Assembly: GCA_963800615.1 (NCBI GenBank)
Contig: CAWDBO010000021.1
Location: forward strand, 214,423 to 278,422
DNA: 64,000 bases
Reading direction: 5' to 3'
Source: an uncultured Chloroflexia bacterium
GTDB lineage: Bacteria; Chloroflexota; Anaerolineae; CG2-30-64-16
The position numbers and the translations under genes are program-made. Below the pieces are notes generated by a model that was given only the letters and a program-made list of their open reading frames with translations, was not told where the DNA came from and searched no databases. Of the stretch, positions 1 to 10,970 are shown piece by piece (position 1 is the stretch's first letter; each line of letters opens with the position of its first letter).

Positions 1-2
1 GC

Positions 3-979
3 CGGCTGAGTGCGGGGATCGCGCACGAGCTCAACAACCCCGCCGCAGCGGCCCACAGCGGCGCGCGCCAGCTGGGAGAGACTTTCGCCAGGCTCCAGGC
101 GACCCACCTCGAGCTCGGCCGGATGAGCTTGTCGGAGGGCGAGCTGGCAACGCTCCTGGAGCTCGACGGGCTGGCCCGGGAGCGAGCGCGGCGGCCCGCG
201 GAGATCGAGCGCGCTGGCGCGGGGCGATCGTGAGAGCGAGCTGGAGGCATGGCTCGAATCGAAGGGCGTGGAGAGACCGTGGGAGATCGCGCCGGCCCTT
301 GCCAACCTCGGCTACGACTGCGACGGCCTCAACCGCCTGGCTGCTGGCTTCGCGCCGGCGCAGTTCGGGCCGGTCATCGACTGGCTGAACTATACCTACA
401 TTTGCTACAGCCTGCTCGAGGAAATCGGGCACGGCACGGAGCGGATTTCGGAGATCGTCGCGGCGCTCAAGACCTACACGTTCATGGACCAGGCGCCCGT
501 GCAGGAGGTCGACGTACACGCGGGCCTGGACAGCACGCTCGTGATGCTCCGGCACAAGCTCAAGTCGGGGATTGAGGTACACCGGGAGTATGACCCGAAC
601 CTGCCCCGAATCCAGGCGTACGGGAGCGAGCTGAACCAGGTCTGGACCAACATCATCGACAACGCAATCGACGCGATGCAGGGGAAGGGCGAGATCACCT
701 TGCGGACGCGGCACGACGACAAGTGGGTGATCGTGGAACTGGAGGACAACGGTCCCGGCATCCCCGCGGCCGTGCTCCCGCACATCTTCGACCCGTTCTA
801 CACGACCAAGGCGCCGGGTGAGGGAACGGGAATGGGCCTCAACATCTCCCACAGCATCGTGGTCGGGCAGGCATCACGGGCGGATCGAGGTTTCGTCGCA
901 GCCCGGCCATACCTGCTTCGAGATTCGACTCCCCCGGGATTCCACCCTGACGAGCGATCTCACGCCGCTTCTCTGCTGA
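3..979 (+). CDS. Sensor histidine kinase, C-terminal portion (H-box/DHp + HATPase_c); 5' end outside window; frame broken twice
   Basis: Frame 3 from nt 3 reads RLSAGIAHELNNPAAAA (H-box). ORF 268..1248 carries the N-box NQVWTNIIDNAIDAM, G1 VELEDNGPGIP, FDPFYTTK and G2 GTGMGLNISHSIV. After ~868 the typical tail HHGRIEVSSQPGHTCFEIRLP continues in another frame to TGA 977-979. A first frame change lies at ~205-230. Confidence 0.85.
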
Positions 980-1048
980 TCGACGGCGCGTGGCGCGGCT
1001 GTAGCTCCGCGCGTGATTTTCTGCTATACTCGCAGTGGGCGGTGACGC

Positions 1049-1270
1049 ATGGAGCTAGACGAGCGCACGAGGGCTGCCATCCGTGGTGCAATTCGGGAGA
1101 TCGACCCCGAACAGATAGCCATCACGCGAATGCTTACGCCTGCTCAACGTTTCGCCAAGATGGTTTCCATGATCGAGTGGGCGGAACGAGCAGGGGTCTA
1201 TCGGTTGCGGCGCCAGCGACCGGAGCTCAGCGAAGCCGAGGCTCTTAGAGTCATCCGCAGCCGATCATGA
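1049..1270 (+). CDS. Small hypothetical protein (73 aa), possible antitoxin-like partner of the next gene
   Basis: Intact ORF whose stop overlaps the next start (ATGA at 1267-1270). No family recognised. Confidence 0.4.
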   Translation: MELDERTRAAIRGAIREIDPEQIAITRMLTPAQRFAKMVSMIEWAERAGVYRLRRQRPELSEAEALRVIRSRS

Positions 1271-1938
1271 GCGAGACGTCCGATACCCTCAGTTTTCCCA
1301 CCTTTCTTCGACTCGTGCTCGATGCCCTTGAAGCCACGCAGATTAGATTCCTGGTTGGCGGCGCCGTGGCACTGGCGGCATGGGGACACTCGAGAACCAC
1401 GGAGGATTTCGACGTGGTGATTGACCTCCCCCCCGAGTCGATGGCGCAGCTCTCCGAGGAGCTTGCCGCGCGCGACATGCTTGTCCCGGTCGACGTAATG
1501 CTCGACCTCTGGCTCAATCCGCGTGGTGACCTCGCCATCAATGCGTACCACTGGCGATCGGGGTATAAGGCTGAGTTGTTTATGCTGCGGCCTGGTGACC
1601 TGGAACGCCGGGAGTCCCTGGAGCGTCGTGTGCGAGTTGATTACGGTCCCCCTCTGGGCATGGTTTGGGTGCATGCGCCCGAGGATCTGATTCTGTATAA
1701 ACTTCGGTACTACGCGATCAGCCAGCAGACCAAGCACATTCGAGATATCGGAAGCATCCTTGAGTCAGTTGGCGAAGAACTCGATTGGGACTATCTGAAC
1801 GAGCGCGTTGTCAGGCTTCGCCTCGAGCCGGCGTGGTTCGAGCTATTGGGGGAAGTTGACAGACTGCGAGTTCCGTGGCCGCCGGGCTTCATAATTCGCC
1901 CGCCGCTGCGGAGGAAGCCGAGAAGGTCGCGGACCTGA
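1267..1938 (+). CDS. Nucleotidyltransferase-fold protein (MNT/AbiEii-like), hypothetical
   Basis: FLVGGAVALAAWGHSRTTEDFDVVIDL resembles the minimal nucleotidyltransferase G-x-(S/R)...D-x-D motif. The 3' end after ~1870 overlaps the GNAT frame, so the true stop is uncertain. Confidence 0.45.
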   Translation: MSETSDTLSFPTFLRLVLDALEATQIRFLVGGAVALAAWGHSRTTEDFDVVIDLPPESMAQLSEELAARDMLVPVDVMLDLWLNPRGDLAINAYHWRSGYKAELFMLRPGDLERRESLERRVRVDYGPPLGMVWVHAPEDLILYKLRYYAISQQTKHIRDIGSILESVGEELDWDYLNERVVRLRLEPAWFELLGEVDRLRVPWPPGFIIRPPLRRKPRRSRT

Positions 1939-2798
1939 TCTGCGCGTGCGATATTGCGGACACGGGCGAGCCGGACTGGAGCGTGGAAGAGACGCGGGGC
2001 GATTGGATCCGCCTGGGGTTTGACCTGGCGCGCGATGCCCGGGTTGTCGAGGCGGCGGACGGACGGCTGATCGCGTACACGGACGTATTCGTCCGGCCCA
2101 ACGCGGTGGAGGTGGCGGCGAACACCTGCCTCCATCCGGAGTTTCGCTCGCCCGAGCGCGACGTGGCCCTCATCGCGCTGGCCGAATCGCTGGCGGCGCA
2201 GCACGCCGCCGCTGCCCGTGCGTTGGATGGTCCGGGCGGAGCGCGGCCACATCATCGAGGCGCGCGGCTACACGCCCCAGCGCTGGCTGTGGCGCATGCG
2301 CGGCGACATGGCCGAGCCGCCGCCCGGCCCCGAATGGCCGGCAGGGTATGCCGTGCGGACGATGGAGCCCGCGGACGAGCGCCGCGCTTACGAACTGATC
2401 GAAGAGGCCTTCGTCCGCCCGGACCGCTCCCCGGTCAGTTACGAGGAATGGCGGCGCTTCATCGTGGAGCGCGAGGACTTCGACCGGTCGCTTGCTTTCC
2501 TCGCAGTGCAGGGCAGCGACATCGTCGGGACGGCGATGTGCCTGATGGACGCGGGCGGAAACGAGGGCTGGGTGCGGCAGTTAGCCGTGGACGCCCGGCA
2601 CCGGGGGCTCGGATTGGGAAAGGCGCTGCTGCTGCACACGTTCGGCGAGTTCTACCGTCGGGCGCGCGGCGGTCGGGGCTGGGGGTCGATGCGAACAATC
2701 CCTCGGCCACCAAGCTGTACCTGGGCGTCGGGATGTACTCGCTCCAGGAATACGTGCAATACGAGCGGCCCGCGTCGCAGCAGGCGCCGGCCATTTGA
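1875..2798 (+). CDS. GNAT family N-acetyltransferase (two-lobed, MshD-like layout); frame broken ~2215 and ~2680
   Basis: The acetyl-CoA motif VRQLAVDARHRGLGLGKALL lies in ORF 2218... The N-terminal half and the tail GLGVDANNPSATKLYLGVGMYSLQEY are in the frame of ORF 1875..2798. Confidence 0.7.
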   Translation: MAAGLHNSPAAAEEAEKVADLICACDIADTGEPDWSVEETRGDWIRLGFDLARDARVVEAADGRLIAYTDVFVRPNAVEVAANTCLHPEFRSPERDVALIALAESLAAQHAAAARALDGPGGARPHHRGARLHAPALAVAHARRHGRAAARPRMAGRVCRADDGARGRAPRLRTDRRGLRPPGPLPGQLRGMAALHRGARGLRPVACFPRSAGQRHRRDGDVPDGRGRKRGLGAAVSRGRPAPGARIGKGAAAAHVRRVLPSGARRSGLGVDANNPSATKLYLGVGMYSLQEYVQYERPASQQAPAI

Positions 2799-2849
2799 AC
2801 GCTTTGAGCCTGGCGGCGGGCCTGTAACGGGCGTCCGCCAGGCTTCCCC

Positions 2850-4307
2850 TCAGGCTGCTACAAGCTCTGCGGTCACCTCACCTAACACCGTCTTGATCTC
2901 CTCCAGCACGTAACCGGGGATCGGCTGCGACTTGTGCCCCTGCATGGCCGCCAGCGTCCGTTCGCGGAGCCGCGCATCCAACGCCTTGCTGCCCTGCCGG
3001 ACCCAGTCCGCCATCCGGTAGCGCCTGAACAGTCCCGGCTGCCAGGCTTCGCGGAAGTGATGCAGCGTGTGCTCTTCCTGGATGAACGATCCGCCCGGCC
3101 CAACCGCGTCGATCACTTCGAGGGCGAGCTGCTCCGCGTCGAGGCGGATGCCCGCGCCGAACTGCCGGACCAGCGAGATCAGCTCGGCGCAGAGCACGAT
3201 CATTTCGGGCGAGGTCATCAGGCCGGCCTCGAGGTAGCCGACGTCGTGGGCCAGGTGCGTGCCTGTGAGCTGGGCGACCAGGATCGAGAAGGCCGCGTCG
3301 GCAGCCGCCTGCTCGTCGAGCGCGAGGCTGTCCGACATGCCCGCATTGCCCCAGATCGGCAAGTGGTAGAAGCGGCCCAGCTCCGCGGACGCGACGCGCG
3401 CTAGCTCGTACTCGGGCGAACCGTACACGCTGATCGTCGAGCGCATGTCCATGTGGTGCGCCTGGACGCCGTAGATGAAGGGCGCGCCGGGCCGCATTGA
3501 GCTGCTGGATGACCAGGCTGGATAGCACTTCCGCGTTGCCGAGCGCCAGGCCGCCGGCGAGCGTGACGGGCGCGGTCCCGCCCATCATCGGCGCGGGCGA
3601 GTGGATCAGGGGCAGGCCGTGCTCCGCCATGAACAGGAGCTTGCCGGTCGCGGTCTCCGAATGCTTGAGCGGCGTCGTCGGCTCGGAGTACAGCGCCAGC
3701 GTGGGGTTGAGGCTCAGCTCGTCCATGCCGCCCGCGGCAGCCGCCGCCATCGCTGCGATCGCCTCGCAGTCGCGCGACGTCGTCGCAGACGAAGACGACG
3801 GGCTTTTCCGTGTGGCTGAGCATGAGCGCGTACTGCAACTGGTATGGGCTGGGCGTCGGCGCGTCGGACGGGATGCCCATGGACATGCAGAAGTCCATCT
3901 CGGGCAGCGCGTCGACGAGGCGGATACAGTCGACGACGTCGGCGGTCTGGAAGGGCCTGCGCGCACCCGTGGCCGGATCGAGGTAGTTCGGGCAGTCGGA
4001 GCCGGGGCCGTAGTAGACGCGGTCGCCGGCGAGGCGCATGGCGGGCTGCCGCGTGCCGCGGCGGCAGAGCGTGACCTCGGAGGGCGCCTGCATCGAGCGC
4101 CCACTCGACCAGGGCGGGCGGGAACCGCACCAGGTTGTCGTCGGTGATCAGCGCGTCGCTGCGGCGGAGAAGATCGAGGGCGGCGGCATGATAGACGCGG
4201 ACGCCGGTTCGGCGCAGGATTTCCAGGGACGCGTTGTGGATGACCTCGCAGTCGGAAAGACTCAACATGCTGAGGCGAGGGCTGGCAGTTCTTTCGGTGG
4301 GCATCAT
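2850..4307 (-). CDS. MttB-superfamily (trimethylamine methyltransferase-like) protein, paralog 1; at least 3 frame breaks
   Basis: Pieces from four ORFs join colinearly: LSDCEVIHNASLEILRRTGVRV, YYGPGSDCPNYLD, DFCMSMGIPSD, LPLIHSPAPMMGGTAPVTLAGGLALGNAEVL, MDMRSTISVYGSPEYEL, AHDVGYLEAGLMTSPEMIV and EEHTLHHFREAWQP. Frame changes lie at ~4090, ~3790 and ~3495. Confidence 0.85.
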
Positions 4308-4310
4308 GGG

Positions 4311-5743
4311 TTACAACCTCCAGTGGCGCCGGATGTATTCGACTTCCTCGAGGGTCGACGCGGGCAATTCCGGGGCGGCTGCCTTTTCCATCAGCGCAAC
4401 CGTCTTTTCGCGCAGCCGCCGGCCCAGGTCTTTCCCGCCCCGCTTGAGCCAGTCGTCGCGGCGCAGGCGGCTGTAGAGCGCCGGCTGCCAGAACTCCTTG
4501 AAGTGCTGCAGCGTGTGCTCGGTCGCCAGGTACGATCCGCCGGGGCCGACCTCGTCGATCAGGTCCAGGGCGAAGGCTTCAGGGCTCAGATCCATGCCCG
4601 CCATAAAGTGGCGCAGCCGGCCGATCACGTCTGCGGTGAAGACGATCATTTCGGGGGATACGGTGAGGCCGGCCTCGACGTATCCCACGTCGTGGACGAG
4701 ATGCTGGCCGCTCAGCAGTGCGACCATGACGGACGAGGTGGCGTCGGATGCGGCCTGCTCGTCCATGACGCAGCTGTCGGTGTAGCCCGCATAGCCATAA
4801 TGGGGCAGGTTGTAGTAACGGGCCATCTCGGCGACCGCGGCCCGGGCCAGCTCGAACTCAGGCGCGCCGTACACGGCGATCGTCGTGCGCATGTCCATGT
4901 GATGCAGGCCGCATCCGTACACGAAGGGCGCGCCGCGGCGGACAAGCTGGTGAATGACCAGGCCGGAGAGCAGCTCGGCGTTCCCGAGCGCGAGCGCCGC
5001 AGCCATCGACACCGGCGCGGCCCCACCCATCATCGGCGAGGCCTGGTGTACGATGGGCAGCCCGACCTCGGCCATGTACATCAGCTTCTCGGTGGAGTCT
5101 TCCCCGTGGATCAGCGGCGAGGTCGGTTGGCCGTACCCGAGCAGGTTCGGGCTGAGGCGCAGCTCCGCCATGCCCCCCGCGGCCGCGGCCGCCATGCCCA
5201 CGATCGCTTCGCACTCGGCCCGGCTGCCCAGGGTGAAGACGAGCGGCTTGGTCGTGTTCTCGAGCATGAGCGCGAACTCGTCGCAGTAAGGCGCCCGGGG
5301 GTTCAGGTCCGATGGCATGCCCATGGACATGCAGAAATCCAGTTGCGGCAGCGCGTCGACCAGGCGGACGCACTCGACGACGTCGGCTTCTTTGAACGGG
5401 CGCCGCTCGCCGGATCGCGGGTCCAGGTAGTTCGGGCAGGCGGAGCCGGTGCCGAAACTGACTTCGCGCCCCTCCATGCCACCGCGACCTCGGTGCTGCC
5501 GCGCTTGCACAGCGCGATGCGGGACGGCGGGCCGGCCAGCGCCCACTCGACCAGCGCCGGGGGGAAGCGGACCAGGTTGCCGTCGCTGATGAGGGCATGC
5601 GTGTCCCTGAGCAGCGCGAGCGCGCGGGGGTGGTCGACGCGGACGCCGGTCCGGCGCAGGATTTCGAGCGATGCGTGGTGGACGGCCTCACACTGGTCGT
5701 GCGTGAACAGGCTGAAATGCGGAACAGCTCGATTGGTGGGCAT
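4311..5743 (-). CDS. MttB-superfamily protein, paralog 2; one frame break ~5480
   Basis: ORF 4311..5546 is colinear with paralog 1 (GSACPNYLD, DFCMSMGMPSD, SPMMGGAAPVS, HHMDMRTTIAVYGAPEFEL, HDVGYVEAGLTVSPEMIV, TEHTLQHFKEFWQP). The N-terminus (DQCEAVHHASLEILRRTGVRV) is in ORF 5303..5743. Confidence 0.88.
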
Positions 5744-5764
5744 GGTTGGCCTTCGTGGTGGGTG

Positions 5765-6898
5765 TCAGGAGTGGTGGTAGCTCTCGTCGGTCTCGTAAAG
5801 CTCGTGCGCGCGGGCGACCGCATCCCAGTCGAGCCTCGAAGCCGAGGCCGGGGCGGGACGCAATCGCTGCATCGAGCTCGCCTTGAACGGGCGACAGGTC
5901 GGGCGCCTCGAGGATGTCTTCCGTGAGCAGCTGATGCATGATCTGGTTGCCGTCGGCCAGGTTAGGCAGGGTCAGGGCAACCTGGTGCTGCGCGAGGTCC
6001 GTCATGCCGGTCACGGACTGGCCGTGCAGGCAGACGGCGATGCCCGCCGCCTCGCGATCGCGGCCGCCTTCTTGAACGACAGCAGCCCGCCCGTCTCGTG
6101 GCATGACAGGACGATCAGGTCCGCGGCCTGCTGCCGGCAGACCTCGTACACATCATGCAAGGTAAAGACGGCCTGGTCGGCCGCGATGGGCACGGGCGAG
6201 GCGTCGTGCACTTGCTTGAGCGCGGCCAGGCTCTCCGCGGGCACCGGCTGCTCGACGAACTCGGGCTCGAACACGGCCAGCCGGCGGATCATGTAGAGGG
6301 CCATCCGCACGTCCCACGCCTCGTTCGCATCCAGCCGCAGCTTCCTGTCGCCGATGGCCTCGCGCACGGCGCGAACGTTCTCCAGGTCCTTCCGTTCGCC
6401 CCGGCCTACCTTTATGTAGATCACCGGGTAGCCCGCCGCGGGCCAACTCCGCCGCATCCTCGGCCAGCTCGTCCGCCGTGTCGCCCTGGGGGAAGCCGAA
6501 GTAATCCACCGTGGGGTGATAGGCGCCGCCGAGAAGTTGGTGCACGGGCGAGCCGGCGGCCTTGCCGATGACGTCCCAGAGCGCCATCTCGACGCCGGCG
6601 AGCGTGAGGTTGGCAAAACGGGGATTGTGCGAGAAGCCGCCGAGGAAGCGCGCCTCGTACACCAGGCGCTCGACGTCGAACGGGCTGCGCCCCTCGAAGA
6701 GCGGGGTCACGCCCTGCAGCGCGGCGAGCGCGACGTCGGCGGGGCGGCCGGCGGTCGTCTTCCCGTACCCGTTGATGCCCTCGTCCGTTTCGACTTCGAT
6801 CAGCAGGTTGACCGCGCCATCGTCGACCCGGCCGGCCCAGTGGTACGGTTCCTTGAACCGCAGCGCCAGTGGGGTGGCACGCAGGGCGTAATCTTCAC
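5765..6898 (-). CDS. Enolase-superfamily enzyme (mandelate racemase/muconate lactonizing enzyme family); several frame breaks
   Basis: ALWDVIGKAAGSPVHQLLGG, VIYIKVGRGERKDLENVRAVREAIGDRKLRLDANEAWD, FVEQPVP and PIAADQ are spread over ORFs 6153..6710, 6011..6616 and 5688..6104. The tail LDWDAVARAHELYETDESYHHS ends at TGA 5765-5767. The start near 6898 is uncertain. Confidence 0.8.
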
Positions 6899-6905
6899 AG
6901 GCAGC

Positions 6906-7884
6906 TCACGAGCTGGCGCACGGCGTCACTCCGGCAGTTATTTCACAGCGGATGCGCGGGTTCAGGACGCCGTAGAGCAGGTCGGCGGCAAGGTTGGCAA
7001 AGCAGAAGATGGCGACGACGACCATGCTGCAGGCCTGGATCAGGATCAGATCGCGGCGCTGGATGCCGTAGACGAGCAGCCGGCCGAGCCCCGGGTAGCC
7101 GAAGAGCTGCTCGGTGACGATCAGGCCGCCGATCAGGAAGCCGATGCCCATGGCGACGACCGTCACGGTGGGCAGCAGCGAGTTGCGGAGGACGTGCTTC
7201 GTCAGCACCTGGCGCTGCGGCAGGCCCTTAAGCTCCGCGGCTCGCACGTAGTCCGTCTTGAGCACGTCGATCGTGCTGGCGCGCGTCATGCGCGCCACAT
7301 AGCCGAGGCTGGTCAGGCTGACGGCGATGGCGGGCAGGATCAGGTAGGGCAGCGCGTCCTTGAAGGACGAATCCGGCGGGATCGAGGAGTTGGCCGGCAG
7401 CCACTTCAGCGACAGCGCGAAGACCGCGATCAGGATCAGCCCGGTCACGAACTCAGGGCAGGCCGACGAAGGCCATGGTGACCGCGGAGATGCCCTGGTC
7501 GACGGCCTTTTCGCGCTTGAGCGCGGCGATGGTGCCCAACAGGATCCCCAAGGGGACGTAGAACAGCAGCGCCACGACCGCCAGCATGGCCGAGTTCCGC
7601 AGCCGGCTCATGATCATCGGCATCACTGCTTGCTTGCTGACCATCGAAACGCCCCAGTCGCCGCGCACGAAGTGGGTCAGCCAGTCGAGGTATTGGACGT
7701 AGACCGGGCGGTTGAGGCCGAGCTCCTCACGCAAGTTCGCCACGGCTTCCTTCGTCGCGAACTGCCCGAGCATGACCGAGGCCGGGTCGCCCGGCAGAAG
7801 CTGCGTCGCTGCGAAGATCACGATCGACGCGAGCAGCATGGTCAGGAGGATCATGCTCACCCGGCGCAGAAGGTAGGTCGTCAT
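6906..7884 (-). CDS. Opp/Dpp-type ABC transporter permease (DppB-like); one frame break ~7450
   Basis: The N-terminus MTTYLLRRVSMILLTMLLASIVIFAATQLLPGDPA (ORF 7453..7884) joins the C-terminal part with YVRAAELKGLPQRQVLTKHVLRNSLLP (ORF 6906..7448). The start overlaps the upstream stop (ATGA 7881-7884). Confidence 0.85.
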
Positions 7885-9987
7885 GCGGTTCTCCCCTCAC
7901 TCACTGCGACCGGGGCGGTCTGCATGGCTTGCAGCTCGGCTGCCGGAATGTGGCAGCAAATGCGGTGATTCCCGCCAAGGTCCTGCCACGGCGGCTCCTG
8001 CGTCTCGCAGATTTCGCCGATCTTGCGCGGGCAGCGAGTATGGAAGCGGCAGCCGGACGGGATGTTAACCGCGCTGGGCACCGAGCCGTGCAGCCTGATC
8101 CGCTCCTGCTGGGCGTCGGGGTCGGGGATCGGTATGGCGGACAGCAGCGCCTCGGTGTACGGGTGAAACGGCGGCGAGAAGACGGCCTGCGGCGGGCCCG
8201 ACTCCCACAGGCGCCCGAGATAGACGACGCCGATCCAATCGGACAGGTGCAGGACCGCGGCGAGGTCGTGGGAGATGAACAGGTACGAAGTGCCCTGGGT
8301 TTCCTGCAGCTCGCCGAGCAGGTTCATCAGCGAGGCCTGCACCGACACATCCAGCGACGAGATCGGCTCGTCCAGGATCATCAGGCTGGGATCGGCCGCG
8401 AAGGCCCGGGCGATGGCGACCCGCTGCTTTTCGCCGCCGCTCAACTCGTGCGGCAGCCGGGTGACGTACTCCTCCGGCAGGTTCACGGCCGCGAACAGCG
8501 CCCGGACGCGGGCCGGTATCTCCTGTTTGGGCACCTTGCCGAGCAGCACCAGCGGCCGCGCGACGCTCTCGCCCACGGTGCGCTGCGGGTTCAACGACGC
8601 ATCGGGATTTTGGAAGACCATCTGGATCTTCCTGAGCTGGTCGGCCGCGCGCCGCCTCACCGCGTACGGCACCTGCTCGCCGTCCAGCTCGATCCGGCCG
8701 GCCGTCGCTTCCTCAAGCCCCGCGACGCAGCGCGGCGAACGTGGTCTTGCCGCAGCCGCTCTCCCCTACGATCCCCATGGTCAGGCCGCCCCGCACCCGC
8801 AGGCTCATGTCGTCGACGGCCCGCACGGCCTTGCGCCGCCCGCGCAAAATGTCGGCAATGCTCGCGCCGCCGACCGGGAAGTACTTCTTGACGTTGCGCG
8901 CTTCGAGCACGACCGGCCCTGCCTCGCGCTCGGTCACCCGCTCCTCCCGCTGCGCCGCCCTGGCGTACTGCTCGGGGTGATCGCGCAACTCCTGCCAGCG
9001 GATGCAGGCGGTGCGGTGGTCCGGCTCCGCCTCCACCAGGGGCGGCCGGGCCGCGCGGCAGGCATCGAGTGCGAGCGGGCAGCGCGGGGCGAAAATGCAG
9101 CCGGGCGGCAGCTGATCGGGGCGGGGAATATGGCCCTTGATCGTGTTCAGCAGGATATCGCGACTGTTCGCATCCACCCTGGGCACGCAGCCGAGCAGGC
9201 CGAGCGTGTAGGGATGGAGCATCTGCTTGAAGACCGGGCGGATGAAGCCCTCTTCCATGATCTCGCCCGCGTACATCACGCCGACCCGGTTGCAGATGCG
9301 CGCGACGACGCCGAGGTTATGGGTGATGTACAGCACCGCGGTGTGGTACTCGCTCAGCAGGTCGCGCACCAGGTCGAGGATGACCGCCTCGGTGGTGACG
9401 TCGAGGGCGGTGGTCGGCTCGTCCATGATCAGCAGGCGCGGGTTGGTGGTCAGTGCGATGGCGATGAGCACCCGCTGCAGCTGGCCGCCCGAGAGCTGGT
9501 GCGCGTAGCGCCGGGCGACGGTTTCGGGATCCGCCATGCGCACCTTGCTCAGCATGTCGATCGCCTTGGCCTGGGCGTCGCGCTTTGCCATCCCCAGGTG
9601 CAGCCGGGCGACCTCGGCGATCTGTTCGCCGATGGTGACGGAGGGATTGACCGCCGTGTTCGGGTCCTGGTGCACCATGGTGATCTTGGAGCCCCAGACC
9701 TTGCGCACCTCGGAGCGGGGCAGCCGCAGCAGGTCCGTGCCGTCGAGGCTGACCGAGTCGCCCGTGGCGTGCCCGTTGGCGGGCAGGTATTGGACGATGC
9801 CGCGCGCCAGCGTCGTCTTGCCCGAGCCCGACTCGCCCACCAGGCCGTAAATCTCGCCGGCCGCGATCTGCAGGGTCACGTTCCGGACCGTGTGCAGGGG
9901 ACCTTTTTCCGTGTCGTATGTAATGGTCAGGTTCTGCACGTCTAGCACGGGGCGGTTGGCGGCGCCGATCTGCGTGGAATCGTTCAC
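7881..9987 (-). CDS. Fused double ATP-binding protein of the Opp/Dpp-type ABC transporter (DppD-DppF fusion); one frame break ~8700
   Basis: The first half has Walker A GESGSGKTT and signature LSGGQLQR. The second half has GESGCGKTT (end of ORF 8713..9987), then LSGGEKQRVAIARA and ILDEPIS in ORF 7881..8672. Both halves carry oligopeptide-type C-terminal extensions. Confidence 0.85.
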
Positions 9988-10005
9988 CCATGATCGGTAT
10001 CCCCC

Positions 10006-10889
10006 TTACCCCGTGACCCCGCCGGGCAGCAGCATGCGCCGCAGCCCGTCGCTGAGGAAGCCGATGCCGACGACCAGCAAGGCGATGGCCCCGGCGGGAA
10101 AGAGCAGGACCCAGGGCGCCTGCGTGAAGTAGTTGCGCGCCTCGCCGACCATCAAGCCCCAATCGGGAGACAGGCGGCTGGACGCCCAGGCCGAGAAAGC
10201 CCAGCGACGCGACCAGGAAGATCGCGTAGGCAAACCGCATCGAGGATTCCACTGCCAGCGGCGGCAGCACGCTGGGCAGGATTTCGTCGACCATGATGTA
10301 AGTACGAGGATTCGCCCCGCATCTTGGCGGCTTCGACAAATTGGCGGGTTTTCAGGTCGAGCACGACGCTGCGGACGACGCGGGCGACCATGGGAATATA
10401 CAGGACGCCGACGACGAGGATGACGTTGAGCGCGCGATGGACCGAGCGTGCCCAGAATGAGCAGCGCGAGCAGCAGCGGTGGAATCGCCAGCAGCACGTC
10501 GACCAGGCGCATCGTGATTTCTTCCAGGAACGACGCCAAAGTAACCGGCGAACAGGCCCAGCGTCAGCCCGAGCAGCACCGCGATCAGCGTCCCGGTGCC
10601 CGCTACCACGAAAACATCCCGGCGCGCCGACGAGCACCGGCGTGAAGACATCGCGGCCGAACTGGTCGGTGCCGAAAACATGCTCGGCCGACGGCGGCTT
10701 CAGACGTTCCGTGAGCTTTTGCTGCGTATATGGATAGGGCGCGATCGTCGTGCCGAAAACGGCCAGGAAAAGGAAAAAGCCAACGATCGCGATCCCGATC
10801 AGCGTGGCCGGGTAGCGCCGCGAGCCTGCGCCAGGTGAGCGGCCAGGCGGGACGGCGTACGCACGGGCATAGTCCAGTTGTGCTTCCAT
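10006..10889 (-). CDS. Opp/Dpp-type ABC transporter permease (DppC-like); heavily frame-disrupted (5 or more breaks)
   Basis: Fragments across four frames read in order: ATLIGIAIVGFFLFLAVFGTTIAPYPY, HVFGTDQFGRDVF, VVAGTGTLIAVLLGLTLGLFAGYFG, MRLVDVLLAIPPLLLALLILG, YIPMVARVVRSVVLDLKTRQFVEAAKMRGES, ILPSVLPPLAVESSMRFAYAIFLVASLGFLGLGVQPP and WGLMVGEARNYF. Confidence 0.75.
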
Positions 10890-10970
10890 TTGGAGGTGAC
10901 TCTCCAGTCACTCTGCAGGCGGCGACCGGCAGGCTATCGCCGCCGGCCGCCCCTGCGAACGCGACAGGCC

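Noticed and set aside
2850-5743. Pyrrolysine (in-frame TAG) as the explanation for interruptions in the MttB genes
   Set aside because: - Every interruption I traced is a change of reading frame, with homology continuing in another frame. None is a single in-frame amber codon.
- No pylT or pylSBCD-like genes were seen.
- The paralogs look like the non-Pyl branch of the family.
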